Made by a program: the position numbers and the translations under genes. From the human T2T-CHM13v2.0 reference genome, Homo sapiens: a DNA stretch of 64,000 nt. The stretch lies in the NCBI RefSeq assembly GCF_009914755.1, contig NC_060938.1. One strand, given 5' to 3'. The notes under the pieces are model-generated. The model saw only the letters and a program-made list of their open reading frames with translations. It was not told the origin of the DNA and searched no databases. Shown piece after piece: positions 34,427 through 49,929 of the stretch. Positions within the stretch are counted from its first letter, which is position 1; each line of letters opens with the position of its first letter.

Positions 34427-35819
34427 TAATTCTCTATTTTAACCCCACAATTTAGGTATTACTATTGTTGGTGCCTTATGCAGTCAATATTAGTCTAGAT
34501 TCCCCTACTTATTTTGCATTTATTATGCTCATCATTGGTTCTTGCATCATGGACCTTCTTTTTGGGCTCATTTTACTTCTTTCTGGAGCAGACCCTCTGA
34601 AGTTTTGAAGCCAGTCATTAAACTAACTTTTTTATATGCAGTCTGTCTTTTGTTGTTCTGTAGTGTCTAGGTGTAATTTTTTTATTCAGTCTTTTTAGGA
34701 TTCATCAGGATTCTTGAATCTGAAGATTTTTGGCTTTCAACAGTTTTAGAAATGTTTCCACTATTATGTCTTTGAATATTGCCTCATTCCTGTATTCTCT
34801 ACTAATTTCTTATTAGAGGTATGTTAAACATTCTCCCCCTGTCCCCAATATTGATTAATTTTTCTTTTATATTTTTCATCTCTTTATTACTCTTTATCCT
34901 AAACAATTTCTTTAGAACTAGCTTCAAGTTTATTATTTCTTCAACCATGCCTAATCTTTCATCTCTTTATTGAGTTTCTAAATTCAATGATATATTTTAA
35001 ATTTATAGATGCTCTACATATGATGAAATCTGCCTCTCCATACTTAAAGTACTATCTTTTTATATTTAAATATGTTCAATGAAATTATATTCTTTATTTC
35101 TGTATATGTAGTCACGGTGAGTCTGATAGGGTTGTTGGTGTTCTGCTGAGTGTCAGTCATGTTAATTTGTCTCCTCTTGTGTGTACAGGTTTTTGAGCTT
35201 AACTTGGTTTGTCATCTGTATAAATTTTTGGAGACCAGACTTCAAGGTGTGTTCCTCTAGGATTTGTACTTATTTCTACCAGTCACTTGGAGGTGTTTTA
35301 AATTCTCACCTTGGGGTTTTTCATACCTAAGGGTTATACAAATTTTGCCTTGGTGTGCAGGGCCAGTTTGTGGATAGAAACTCATGGAGGAAATTTTTTT
35401 CTCTTTCTTTTCCAGAGCCAAGGCAAAATAGGCACATTTTTTTTTGTTTGTTTTGCTATCTCCGTCTCTGGGGGATATTTCCTGGTTCCACTGAGGGAGT
35501 TGCTGGTGGGTCTCATCTGACCTCTCTCTTGCTAGGCTTTTCCTCCAGTGCCTCTGTTTGTATAAAGACCAATGAACTAAAAGACCCAGTCCATCAGTGA
35601 CCAGCAGAAACTCCGTGGTAGCTGTTAGCTCTTAGACTTGGCTGCTTCACTGGATTCACGTTTTTCTTCATTTTTAGCTTTGAGGAGATTCTCAAATGCC
35701 CAGCTGTGAATTTAAGGAGATTTAAAAATTTTTTACCCAGAACTTTTAGGCATCTGTCCTAGGAGTTTTTCTCAAATTATTCACTCCACTAAATTGCCTG
35801 AAACAGAAGTACTCCTCTG

Positions 35820-36131
35820 TTTTTTTTAATTTTTTTTTGTTTTTTTAATTTTTTTTTGAGACAGCCTCTCACTCTGTCACCCAGACTGCAGTGGTGCAAT
35901 CTTGCCTCACTGCAACCTCTGCCCCCAAGGCTCAAGCGATCCTCCCATCTCATATGAGTAGCTGGGATCTCAGGCACGCACCATCACACCTGGCTATTGT
36001 TTTGTATTTTTAGTAGAGACGGTGTCTCACTACATTTCCCAGGCTAGTCTCAAACCCCCGAGCTCAAGTGATCTACCCGCCTCGGCCTCCCAATGTGCTG
36101 GGATTACAGGCATGAGCCACTGTGCTGGGCC
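35820..36131 (-). mobile_element. AluJ
   Basis: TSD tactcctctgtt. Confidence 0.92.
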
Positions 36132-37345
36132 TACTCCTCTGTTCTTTTTGTATTTTTGGTGTATACTTCAAAAAATCTTTTCGCTATGACTTTAGCGGTG
36201 TTTTGGAAAATTAAAGATTAACAAAAAGCTTTTATTATTGAAGGTCGTTCAAATATTGGGGCCCTCTTTATACTAAAGCACAGGGATGATGTTGTCACAA
36301 ACACAATTGAGTTTAAGGTTATAGCTGCATCCAGAAATTAAGTGTGATGCTTTTTTCCTCCCTTTTACTATCGATTATTAAGTTACTTGGGTTTGGCAGC
36401 TCAGTCTGTGTGTGTTAGGGTGTGTTCTTATATCATTTCACTCATTTAAACTATTATAACCAATAGCTTCAATTGATACATTTTACTCACTTTAGTAAAA
36501 ATTTAAAATGCTATAAAATAAGTATTGCAAAGTTATAAATGTCGGGACTTCTGGATATGCTTTCCATAATGTTAGTCTTAAAAGGCAAGAGAGTGACCTT
36601 TTTATGGGGCAGAAGATAAATTGCAGAGAAAATGCTTGAAAGCTATCATCTGAAGATCTTATTTAGATAAAAGTGTAAGTTGTGCAGCAGAGGACAATAT
36701 AGTTTATTAAGCTGGTAAAAATAAAATTTCTTTTACCTTGAAAAGGGCACGTTTGTAATGAGTTTTATACCTAATTTAGGACTGACTCAGCAACAAATTC
36801 TCAATCAGTATGGTAAAGTACAAACCTTATTTATTTGGGTTGAACAATAGAGTAGGGAGTTCTGAACCTGTGATCTGGGTTTCATAGGACCTAAGATCCC
36901 TGAAATTATGTGAAGTTTTGCAAATATATTTATATTCATGCATTTTCCTGGGACCAACCCTCCTTGGCCCTCACTCCCCCTTTGGCCGGATACACTTGTG
37001 CATTGTTTGAATTATATGGTGCTCCTGGCCTTACTGAAGTGGGGTTTACTATTTGAGAAAACATTTTAGAAAATGTTAAGTTTGCATCTCATAGTTTGAG
37101 AAACTGTAAAAGATAAATGGAAACAACATGATTTGACATATTGAGGAAACATGCCTTATGGGTTTGGGATTTAGAAACTCAAGTCGTCCTTACCAGGTGC
37201 ATTAAATATGGAGGTGAGGAAAGTGAACTCATCTGAGTCAAACAGTGTTTTTATCCTTTTCATTTACACTAAAATCCTTTGTGTATGTGTTTACCGTACT
37301 TTGGAGGGGACATTCACTCCAGGAGAAGAAGCCCTTTTGCCCAAT

Positions 37346-37736
37346 TATTACTGGTTGAGGGTGTCCCGGTTCTTGGTGTCTTGAACAAAGAATTGGACAA
37401 AATGCACAAAGCAAGGAAAGAATGAAGCAGCACAGGCAGAGATTTACTGAAAATGATACCACACTCCACAGGTTGGGAGCAGGCCTGAGCAAGCGGCTCA
37501 AGGGCCCAGTTACAGAATTTTCTGGGATTTAAATACCCTGTAGATGCTTCCATTGGTTACTTGATGTATGCCCTATGTAAATGAACAGGCTAAAGTGAAG
37601 TTACAAAGTTATTTACTCTGTGTATGCCCTATGTAAATGAAGAGGATATTTCCTGTCTTAGGTGGAGTGTTTCCATTTGATTTAGTTCTAGGAAGTCCTT
37701 AGGTTCCCTGCCTCCAGGCCCTATTCTCCTGCCTCA
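37346..37736 (-). mobile_element. MER51-family solo LTR (ERV1)
   Basis: Minus strand begins TGAGGCAGGAGAATAGGGCCTGGAGGCAGGGAACCTAAGG; 4-bp TSD caat. Confidence 0.85.
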
Positions 37737-38699
37737 CAATTATCCTCAAAACCTTGCCTGATTCCTTGAAGCAGATTTAAGACACACTATGCTTAGTGGT
37801 TGACTATTTCCAGCTGATTTTTCAGAGTAGCAAGGAACTTGGAAACTGGCTATCTGTAGTCTTACTTTATAATTCCTATTTTTTTTCTTAAGTAGCTAAT
37901 AGATTTTTTTTTTAAAAAAGAACAAACATCATAAAGCAAACCTGGGGAGAAAAAAAGCAACAAAAAGTTTTGTGTGCAAATTACAAAATAATATGATTGC
38001 AATTGGTTTAAGTTGTTAGGCAGCTGTTTTGTCAAAAACTAACAATAGGGCTGAATTTATTTTTGTTAACAAATTAGAGTTTTGCTTTGATTGTGTTTCT
38101 TTTAGGCTTTTCTGCTTTTTTCTTCCTCGCATAAATGAACCAAATATTTTCTCTCTGATATTCCACAAGAGAAATCTCTCACTTAAAAAAAAAATTGTAG
38201 GACTTGTCTTTCATATAAAAAAAATCTGAAATACATCTTTTTCTGTTCCAGGTCAAAATGATTTCATTTTTCATCTTTGTTGTTGACTAATGGTAGACTT
38301 CTTGTAGGAGCTTACATGCATAAGAAGTTTTTGAGCAGTGCTCATGAAGTCTTTTGTTAGCCTTTTTTTCTATGTGGCATAAAGTAAACCCAACCTGATT
38401 TGGTTCCTGAGCTCTCTTCATGGGCAAAGAATGCCATCTTTGCTTGTTCTATCTGGAATGATTGGCCTATATCTGGTATAGATGGTTCACTGTTTAGAAT
38501 TCTCATTTGCAGACATTTTTATGAGTATTTTGTGAATTTAATAATGTACTCCCACTGATTGGTATCTGTTCCATATTTGTCCTTGACAAGTTTGTCCTGA
38601 AACTTGTCCTTAAGGGCAAGCTTGTATCTTTTTCTTGGCTTGAGTCTCTATCATCCTCTTCCCACTTCCTACAACCCCCTACCGTCCTCCAAAGCAGAA

Positions 38700-38922
38700 C
38701 AAGCTTGCACAACTTGTGGCCTGCCGGCCCCATGAGGCCCAGGGCAGCTTTGAATGTGGCCCAACACCAATTCCTAAACTTTCTTAAAACATTATGAGAT
38801 TTTTTAAAATTTATTTTTATTTTTTAGCTTATCAGCTATCAGTAGTGTTAGTGTATTTTATGTGTGGCCCAAGACAATTCTTCCACGTGGCCCAGGGAAG
38901 CCAAAAGATTGGACATCCCCTG
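38700..38922. mobile_element. MER30 (hAT)
   Basis: gctttgaatgtggcccaacac...aaacattatgaga...gggaagccaaaagattggaca. Confidence 0.85.
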
Positions 38923-39431
38923 ATCTAGAACAAAGGCTAATGAGCAAGAAGTTTACTTGGTAGTGATCCCATTGTGCTAAAGTGAGGGATCAGGGGAATT
39001 GAACAGGAAATGGCGGTGGTGGTGGGTGGGGTATACTGTGATGTATTATTGAGCTGTTAAATTGGATGACTGATACTCAATGTTTATGGAATCTTCTTTT
39101 AAATGTGTCTCAGAACTGTTTGCTTGGGGAACAAAAGGAAGAAACATGTATCTATTGACATCTGTCTGCTATTGCTTAAGTCTGTCCAGGCAAGCATTAA
39201 CTCCAAGGAGTGAGACCAAAAGGATTTGCGCCTCTCATTTGTGGTACTTAAGAGATGTCCAATAAAATTTTGTGTACTTATTAGGACCAAGCTCAAATCT
39301 ATGTGCATTCAGACTACTTTACTGACTTGAAAGTTATAGCTCTGAAAATAGAAAAAGCACAAGTAGCACATTATTATTTCTATTTTTCCCAAATCTGCTA
39401 AACAAATAGGTTATATTTTATGGTGTTTTAA

Positions 39432-39881
<450 letters not shown>

Positions 39882-40321
39882 GAAACCACTTTTTTCCCTT
39901 AGCTTTAAAAAAACTTTTACTTGGAAATATGTATAGACTTACAGAAAAGACTTCTAAAAATAAGGAAATTAACATTGACATCATAAACTAATCTGCAAAC
40001 AATTCAAACTCTAACAATTTCCCTACTAATGTACTTCTTCTGGTCTGGGATCTAACCAGAATTCCACAATACATTTAGTTGTCATGTCTCTGTAGTCTCT
40101 GTAATCAGTCTTTGTCCTTCATGACCTTGACACTTTTGGAGAGCGCTGGTCAGTTATTGTCTAGACCGTCCCTCTGTTGGGGTTTGTTTGTTGTTTCCTC
40201 ATGATTAGAGTGAGATTATGCATTTTTTGCAATAATGCCACAGAAATGATGGTATGCCCTTCTCAGGGCATGATGTCAGGGAGTACATGATTTCAAATGT
40301 CTTATTACTGGTGATGTTTAC

Positions 40322-40603
<282 letters not shown>

Positions 40604-41574
40604 AGGTGATGTTTACTTTGCTCACTTTACTTAGATAGTGTTTGTCAGGTTTCTGCACTGTAAGGTGACTATTTTTCCCTTTGTAATTAATAAGTACCTT
40701 TTAGGGAGATACTTTGACACTATGGAAATATCCTGTTTCTCATACTTTTGTCCACTAATTTTAGCATCCATTGATGGTTCCCTGCAACAGTTATTAGCTA
40801 TGATATTTGCTTAGTAGTGATTATTTATTTCCATCATTTCTTCCACTTTGAATTCCACTTTCAAATTTATTAATTTGAAACGCTAATTTATTTTTTATCA
40901 ATTTGGACTTACGGGCATAATCTATTATTATCATTATATATATTATTGCTCAAAATGTTTCCACCTAAGCCATTAAGAGGTCCCTCTAGTTAGCTCCTAT
41001 ATCCTTTTTTAGCTACCCCTGTCATTTTTTGAGCACTCCTTTTTGGCATCAGAAGCTGTTCCAGGCTCATCTATATTTTATGTTCTAAGCCTGAAATCAA
41101 CTGTTTCTCCAAGGAGCGTTGGTTCCTTATATTATAGACTGGTATTTAGAAACCAAGATCATAGAGCTAGATGTGCTTACTGCTTCTCAGAAGACATTGG
41201 AAATGTATGTATGTGTATTAACCCATGTATACACACATATATAGTTCTTTTGGTTTTTCTTTTTGTAATAGTCAAAATACTTACGATAGCTCTTTCTATC
41301 TCACCCTCTTCATTTGTCATGTTATTCGTCTGCGGTACAATTACGTTCACTGGTTACTGTTTATTCTATTTTGGGTTGTCCTCCTCACATCCTGGTTTAT
41401 TTATTTTGGGGGTATGTAAAACATTGTATGATTTTAAGAGTCAGAATTATTTTAAAAGGTATACTTAGAAAGGTTTTACTCCTCCTTTATGACTATTACT
41501 CTGTTTCTTTTTCCCATTCCCTTCTGCCCTGTTCCCACTTACTCTTAACCAGTCTCATTAATTTATGATTTATT

Positions 41575-41900
41575 CTTTTTTTTTCTTTTTTCTTTTTTTT
41601 GAGATGGAGTCTCACTGTTGTTGCCCAGGCTGAAGTGGAATGGCATGATCTTGGCTCACTGAAACGTCTGCCTCCCAGGTTCAAGTGATTCTCCTGCCTC
41701 AGCCTCCCAAATAGCTGGGATTACAGGCACCTGCCACCATGCCTGGCTAATTTTTTGTATTTTTAAAACACAAAACATTTTTAGTAGAGATGGGGTTTCA
41801 CTTTGTTGGCCAGGCTGGTCTCGAACTCCTGACCTCATGATCCGCCTGCCTCGGCCTCCCAAAGTGCTGGGATTACAGGCGTGAGCCTCCACACCTGGCC
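41575..41900 (-). mobile_element. AluS
   Basis: TSD tttattctttt; short insertion in the linker. Confidence 0.92.
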
Positions 41901-42474
41901 AGTTTATTCTTTTGTACAAATGAATATACATATGAAAGAAAAATATATATATATTTACATTCCTTTCTGTTTTTCATGAAAGGTAGCATACTATAGATAC
42001 TCTTTCACATTTTGCATTTTAAATTTAATGTGTCCTGGAAATCACTCAATATAAGTTCATAGAGATCTTCATTCTTCTTTATAGCTGTATAGTATCCCAT
42101 TGTGTTGGATACATTGTAGTTTATTCAACCACTCTTACATATGAACATTGAGCATCTAGGTCGCTTCCAATATTTCGTAATTACAATGCTGTAGTGGATA
42201 ACCTTGTGCATATTAATTTTGTATTGTTGGAGGTTTAACTTCAGAGTAGATTCGTAGAAGTAGAATTGCCAGGACGAAAGCTAAATGCATCCATAATTTT
42301 TACTAAGGGTTGTTAAATTTCCTTCCAGGAGGGCTCTACCAATCTTCATTCTCACCAGCAGTGTTCAAGAATATTCTCCCACAGCCTTGATAACAGAATA
42401 TATTGTCATACTTTTTAATTTTTGCCAATCTGATAAAGAAGAAATGGTATCTCAGTGTTGTTTTAATGTCCATT

Positions 42475-42771
42475 TTTCTTTTTTTTTTTTTAATTTTTGT
42501 GACAGAGTGTTATTCTGTTGCCCAGGCTGGAGTGCAGTGGCATGATGCAGCTTTGAACTCCTGGACTCACGTGATCCCCTATCTCAGCCTCCCAAATAGC
42601 GGGGACTACAGATGTGCACCACCACACTCTGCTAATTTTTAAAATTTTTTCTGTAAACGTAGGGTCTTGCTACGTTGCCCAGGCTGGTCTCAAACTCCTG
42701 GGCTCGTGCAATCCTCCTCCCTCAGCCTCCCAAAAGACTGTGATTACAGGTGTGAGCTACCATGCCTGGCT
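42475..42771 (-). mobile_element. AluJ
   Basis: Diverged J-type arms. Confidence 0.88.
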
Positions 42772-44939
42772 GCATTTTTGTAACTATAACATTTTTTTTC
42801 ATATATTTAAGGGCCATTTTGTGTATTTCATTTTATATATTTTTGGTTCACTTGTCTGTTGATATCGGGTTTTTGGTCCTTTCTCCCTTGATATTCAAAA
42901 GCTCTTTACATATTAGGGGAATGTCTGTTGCAAATATTTTCTCCTAGTTTGTCAGTTGTCTTTTGACTTTGTTTATGGTAATGATGGTGTTGCTGTTTTA
43001 CCATGTGTTATATTTCATTTTTATGTGGTCAAATTATCTTTTTTTGCCTCTATTTTAAGTCAGTCTCTACACTGAGATCAGAGAGTAATTTACTCATGGT
43101 TTCTTCCAGTAATTGTATAATTTTATTTTTTGTACTTGGGTCTCTGGTACATTTGGAGTTTATTCTTTTGTACGGCATGAAATGCAGATCTAATTTTATT
43201 TCATTTTTTTCCAACTGGCTACCCAGTTGTCCTGACACCATTTATTAAAAAGTACATCTTTGCCCCAGTGGCTTGAGATGCCACTTTCATCACATGCTAA
43301 ATTGGACGGAATCACCTGTAAAGTTCCCTTTTTGCTATTTTTACTTTGTCATGGTGTGATTTGTCTTTTGCTATCTGTTCATTGCCTGTGGTGACAAATG
43401 TTTGTTCTGAAAGAATAGTTAATTATTGCAGCAATAATCTTGAAAGCTAAAGCAATTTACCGTCTGGCTCTGTGTTTATAAAACACTGTTACCCAAATTG
43501 AACCCACAGCTCTGAGATATTACTCCTTCTGTCTAAATGTTATCAGTGTCTGTTCTATTGTAAAATCATTAGGCTGAAATGAAGCTTTTTAAAATTAGTC
43601 TCAGTTCTACTTTGGAACCATTGTACTGAAACCTTGGAGAACAGTCTTATGAGAACTGGCTTTATTCATGTTTATTGTCTTTGACTCCTGGACTTGTTTC
43701 CTTCATTCAGCTGCTGGATCTAGGTAGACAAATTGTTATACCAGGCTATTGTCAGAGTAGATTCATTAGAATAATAAGGTAATTTAACTTTCATGTGCAC
43801 CTATATCCAGAGTACAAAGTTGCCTGGCAAGAATGATGTCCTCATTAAAATTCAGAAAACCTCAAACAAAGTCCAGCCATTATTCTTCTAAAATGAATTT
43901 ACATGTGAAGGAACACCATCTTACAGAATCCTCCTGTTTTCAGAATAAATAATTAGCTCTTTAGAGAAATAGATTAATAAAAGCAATGCAATATTGTACC
44001 ATTTCTCCATCTTATAAGGCCAGTCTTAAGTATTTGATTAGTGCCATAGAGCTGACTTTGCTTGCAAAGCACCCCCATTTCTTGGGCTTCAAATGTCAGA
44101 GTATGTGGAAAGTGCCAGAGGAATTTTAATTCATTTCCTTTATTTTGTCTCTCTCTTAAAATACTTATTTCAAAGTGATGAAGAAAGGTGCAGGTAAAAA
44201 TGAAGCCATGGCTTCTATTACGGTTTTTTTCTTTACAGTCACGTTATTCATACCTTTGCCCTCTAGAGGGAGCAAGAAGGTTATAGTTGTTAAGTAGTCA
44301 TAGTTCCTGAAAAAACTCCAATCTTACCTCCCTTACCTCCCCAACCCAGATGGAAATTTGTTTCAGTAGGTGGGGCTATTTCCTTGGAAATAGTATTATT
44401 TATTTCACTCCTCAAGCTCCCCACTGTGGTCCTTTTCCTCCATTAAGGTAGAGAGACCTGTAAATTATTTTCTCCCGATTCCTACCAGCAACAAAAATGT
44501 TAGAGAACATGGCCAAAGACTAAACCATAGTTTAATTTGACTAGTTAGAGAACCAACCCTCCAGGTGGCTTCTGGGCTGAAAAGTTGATGTATCACAAGA
44601 TCCTTCGTTGATAGAAAAGTCCAAGCTATTAGAAAATGCTGTTTCTCATTGGTCTCCTGCTTCACAGGAAGCTTTCTCCGTGACGACTGGTCCCAAATAA
44701 ACACTTAACAACTTTCTCTGAAACAAAATCCTGTACAATAATGATGACCTAATTTCAACGTATACATTTTCTCTCTCTTGTGGTTATTGGTAAATTCAAG
44801 ATGGGTTTGTGGCGCCTGATTCTGGATCTTAAATGTTATGCTGAATCTGAGAGCTTGGCTTGAGGAGGTTTGGGAGTGGTTGGGTTTTTTCTTCTTTGGC
44901 CTGACATGGGCTGGCCTATGGAGGATTTCAGCCCCGGTG

Positions 44940-45395
44940 CCTTCCATGCACAGAAGAAACCTTTCTTCATACTCTACAGTGGGCTTGACGTACCATCTGT
45001 ATGCTGCTGATTCCCAAATTTTTATCCTCATCTCTGACCTCTCATCAGAGTGGCCTGTTTCATATTACTTGAATATCTCATTGGAATTTCAAATTTAATA
45101 AGTTCAAAACAGAATCCCTGACTTTTCCCACTGCACACCAGTTTCTTGCCCAGGATTCCCCATTTCTGTAAAAATGGACAACCAACTGTCTATTACTGAC
45201 TTATGAGTCATTTTTGGTTCCTCAGCTTTCTTCACCCCTACCATCTAATCCATCAGCCAATTCTGCTGATTCTACCTCCAAAATATTTCCTCATCCTGCC
45301 TCCTTTTACTTATCTCTCCTACTCTCTACTCCACTTCCAACAGGTATCAAGCTATGGTTATTTCTCACCCAGAACATTAGGATAGGTTCTTAGCA
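44940..45395 (+). mobile_element. L2 ORF2 fragment
   Basis: Translates YHLYAADSQI (degenerate RT YADD motif); L2-like continuation near 46600-46920 and 48250-48390. Confidence 0.7.
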
Positions 45396-46924
45396 GATGT
45401 AATGATGGCCATGGTTTGGAACAATTTCATGTGCTTTTCTCTTTTTCCTGAATATATCTGCCTCTGAGATGAGATAAATGAATGCAAACTAAAAGGAAGA
45501 GTTAAGATTTGGCTTGTGACATTCAAAAACGGGGTTCTGCAGAAAGACAGTAGGCTTAAAAACTAGTCCGTGTAGGGAGAGAAAAGATTTTTAAATGTTT
45601 TTATTTTTTATTTTCGTAGCAAGGAGTAGGCCTGGAAAATTAGACTGTAAATTTCTATGATAACATATATTAATAGAATGTTTATTCTATTCACCATTAA
45701 TGCTCTGCACTCATTGAGGCTGCAGTTCAGAAGATGATGACTATGATAATGAAGGCTGCACTCCAGCCTGAATAGATTTTTGGAGGAGGAAGACAGAAGG
45801 GGGTCAGAAGAGGTAGATGGTGAGTTCAGCACTCTGATCTTCCTTCTGGTCTCAACCCTGGAGAGTGGGAAGTCTGTTAAATTCCTAAAGGGAAATGGGG
45901 CAGAGAGGTTCCTTCCTTGCTTCCAGCCTGGAACACTGGGAAGAGATCACCTGGAAGCTCCTTGAGGGACCTTCTTGGCAAACCTGGAGGGTGACCACAT
46001 GAAATCAATTCAGAGATGTGGTCAGAGAGAGTGATGGTCTAATTTGCATCCCCAGTACTTCCTCTGTTCTCCCAAGACATGAATGCAGACTTGAGAGCTG
46101 ACAAGGCCTACACAGGCCTGTTGAGATAGGGGATTTACAGAGACTTAAAGGGGTTTGTAATGCCCGTGAGAGCTGAAATGAATGAGGCTGTCATACAGGG
46201 AGTCACTGGGTCCAACTGAGCTGAGAGGGAGCATAGACCAAGATGCCTGCCAGCTGCAGCCTCAGCCATAGCCCCTAATGACACCATTGAGGGCTAATCA
46301 CAAGGGGAATAAGGCACATTGCTGGGGAGCCAAAAGACCCTGCATGGTTTTGAGGACTTTTACCCCCAATCTGCAAGGTCATGTACACTTCTTTGCCCAG
46401 CACTGTCCTGGGGGCCAGGGATGTTGCTGAAATCTAGAGACTAAGTATGTTTAACCAAAGTGGCCGAGTTTTACCTAAAAGAAAGATTTAAATTATTGTA
46501 TTGATCTAAATGTTATCCCCTGCTTTTTTGTTTTTCTATAGTGCATAGGAGCTAGCAAGCAAGAATAGATCAGATCTAGGCGAAGCAGAAGTGTAATTTC
46601 TCTGCACATGTGAGTTCTGGGGTGAGTGCTGCACTGGTTGCTTCCTGCCCCCACCCTTACCACTACTGTAGTACACACACAGCAGGCAAAGTGGTCTTTA
46701 AAAGTGAGATCTGGTTCTATGTCCTATCCCAACCTTCTAAAAAACTTCCTGTTGGGCACAGAATTAAATACCAGCACCTCACTATGGCATAAAAGGCCCC
46801 ACATGATCAGGGTCCTGTCTTCTGTCTGTCACATCCTATACCTTGTCTAAGAAGCTCCAGCACAGTGGCCCCTCTACTCCTTGAACAGGCTGTGCTATTT
46901 CCCATTGCAAGCTTTTGCACTTGG

Positions 46925-47360
46925 TGTTTATGCTGATGCCTTCCATTTGCCCTTCTAGACCTAATCTTCAGTCTTTCTCATCTTGTTCTGTGTGCCAGTA
47001 GGCTGATGGTGTGAATTGCATCGATGAACACTCTTGCTTCCTGACTTCCTGTTGGAATTGGCCAATGGGAAGCACTAGCAGGAGATCAGAGAGAATGAGG
47101 AGGAGATATTTATTCAGGGTATTTACCACCCCACCCCTGCTCCTTCCTTGCTGGCTAGTTACCTGAGGATGGTTGCATCCCTTTACCAAAGGCCACAGCT
47201 CCTATCAGGGGTCTTCTCCATCTTTTGGTAGCCACTCCTCCCTTTGTCCCTGCAGGCCAGGGGTGCTCATGGTTCCCCCCACTTTTGGTAGCCCTGGGTA
47301 GCTAGTTTCATTAAGCTCTACCTGCGCTTTTGCACATCGTCCCTTGTGAGTGTCTTCTGC
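46925..47360. mobile_element. LTR16/LTR33-type (ERVL) LTR
   Basis: gacttcctgttggaattggccaatgggaagcactagcaggagatcagag. Confidence 0.55.
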
Positions 47361-47549
47361 TTCCTATTAGGCCTCAGCTGTCACATTGCTCGTTCTGTAG
47401 GCTCTCTGCATGCTGGTTCATTCTTTTCCTTGAGCTCAGCTCAGATGTTACCTTCTGAGGCAGGAGTAAAGGGAGGGAAGAAAGGGCCCCCCGACTCCTC
47501 CTCATCTCCCTGCCCACTCCCATGTCCTGCTTTATGCTCTTCACTTATT

Positions 47550-48171
<622 letters not shown>

Positions 48172-49633
48172 CCTTCACTCTTTTTAACAACATATTTTTA
48201 ATTTCTTGCATTGAAATCATAATTTGACACTATTTTTTGTTGTTGTTTTTTACTTGTCTCTTTTAACTGGACTGTAAGCCAACAATAGAAGGAAACTTTT
48301 GTGTTTCACTCACTACTGTGTCCCCAGTGCCTAGAACAGGGCTTGTACATAGGAAGCAGGAAATAAACTTTTTTTAAAAGAAATGAATGGGGAGCTGATT
48401 TTTCATGCCCTTGAGAAGCCAAGATCTCGAGGCAGGCATATGTGGGGGTGTCAAAAGCAGGTCAGGAGGTCGTCTCATTTCCTTGTACTTTCATTGCATC
48501 AAGGTGCTAACACTGCTTCTCAGGTACCATTTGTTAACTGAACCATCAATGCTTAGGAAGTAGAAAGGAAGAAATGAAATAATTATGTTTCAGATTGAGC
48601 CCTTTTCCTGGAAACTTGGAAGAGTGTTCCATACCATCCAGTCTTTCTGTCACTTTTACCTATTTCAGGTGTGTCCAGTCTCAGCTGGGAATGGAAGATG
48701 CTTTGCATATCTTTAAAATCTTCGGGCCATAGAGTTGGGGAGAGTACAGAAAGAATACCACAGAACTTTTATGCCAGAAAATGGCAGGTGCTCCAAGGGC
48801 TATGTTGGAATGCTTGGAGTGCATAAAAATACCAAGGTGAGTGCCTAGCAGAGGGTTCTCAACATTAGACCTAAGTCATAAACTCCAAAGGTTGTTTTCA
48901 GGAATCTGTACTTTTAAAAGTTCTGAAGATGCATCTGGGGCCAGGATGAGGGCCACTGGTCTGACATAAAGAGGATGGGCTCTGCTTAGTTCCATAAATT
49001 CAGGGAGTTAATTATGTTGTTTTAAATTTCTTGAACCATTAGCACAGGGCTGATGAGCCAAACACCTTTTATGTTTGAATCAATAGATGTTTCTTCCCAT
49101 GTCTTTGGGAATATTTCACAGTAGAAGTTGGGGTCTTGAAAAGTTGGCATTTGAAGGCTAGTGTTATTTTTTGCTTACAAAATAAGAAATTGATCTTTGG
49201 AAAGCAATTTAGGAATCTTATTTGGCCACAGTGGCATTGAGACCACTCTCTTTCTCCCTTTAAGCTTATTATAACTCGAGTCCATTGCATAAAGCTCTTT
49301 TTATTGTAAAATGAGACCCCCATCAGGATCCTATAGACAGTTTTATTTCCTCTTGTTGCTTTCGGTACTCCCATACCATATTTCTGTAAAGGGCAACCTT
49401 ACATTGAGTTTGGCATTGCTGGGTAGGCATTGCTGTCTTCAGGAGCCTTCTTCAGCTCATTTCTTTTTTGTTTGTTGCTCATAAAATAGCAGGCATCTGT
49501 GCACCAAGCTGATGTATTCATTGGTCCATGTACCTTTTAGTCCTTGTGTGTACATTTAGGTTGTACAGACTTACAGTAATATTACTGCTAGAATTCTGTT
49601 ATATATCTCTTCCATTTATATTATGCCATGAGT

Positions 49634-49928
49634 TTTTTTTTGGAGACAGGGTCTTACTTTGTTACCTAGACTAGAATGCAGTGGCATGATGATGGCTCAC
49701 TGCAGCCTTGACCCTCCCAGGCTCAAGCAATCCTCCCACCCCAGCCCCCCAAGTAAGCTAGAAGTACAAGTGTGTGCCACCACGCCCAGCTAATTTTTAA
49801 AAATTTTTGTAGAAACAGGGTCTCACTGTGTTGCCCAGGCTGGTATTGAACTCCTGGTCTGAAGCAGTCCTCTTATTTCAGCCTCCCAAAGTGCTAGGGT
49901 TACAGGTGTGAGCCACTGCTCCTAGCCC
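49634..49928 (-). mobile_element. AluJ
   Basis: ggctcaagcaatcctccc J-type arms. Confidence 0.9.
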
Positions 49929-49929
49929 A

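Noticed and set aside
45397-46540. GC-richer ~1.1-kb block splitting an L2 (a similar block lies at ~8560-8960)
   Set aside because: Probably old LTRs, but I cannot assign a family or ends with confidence.
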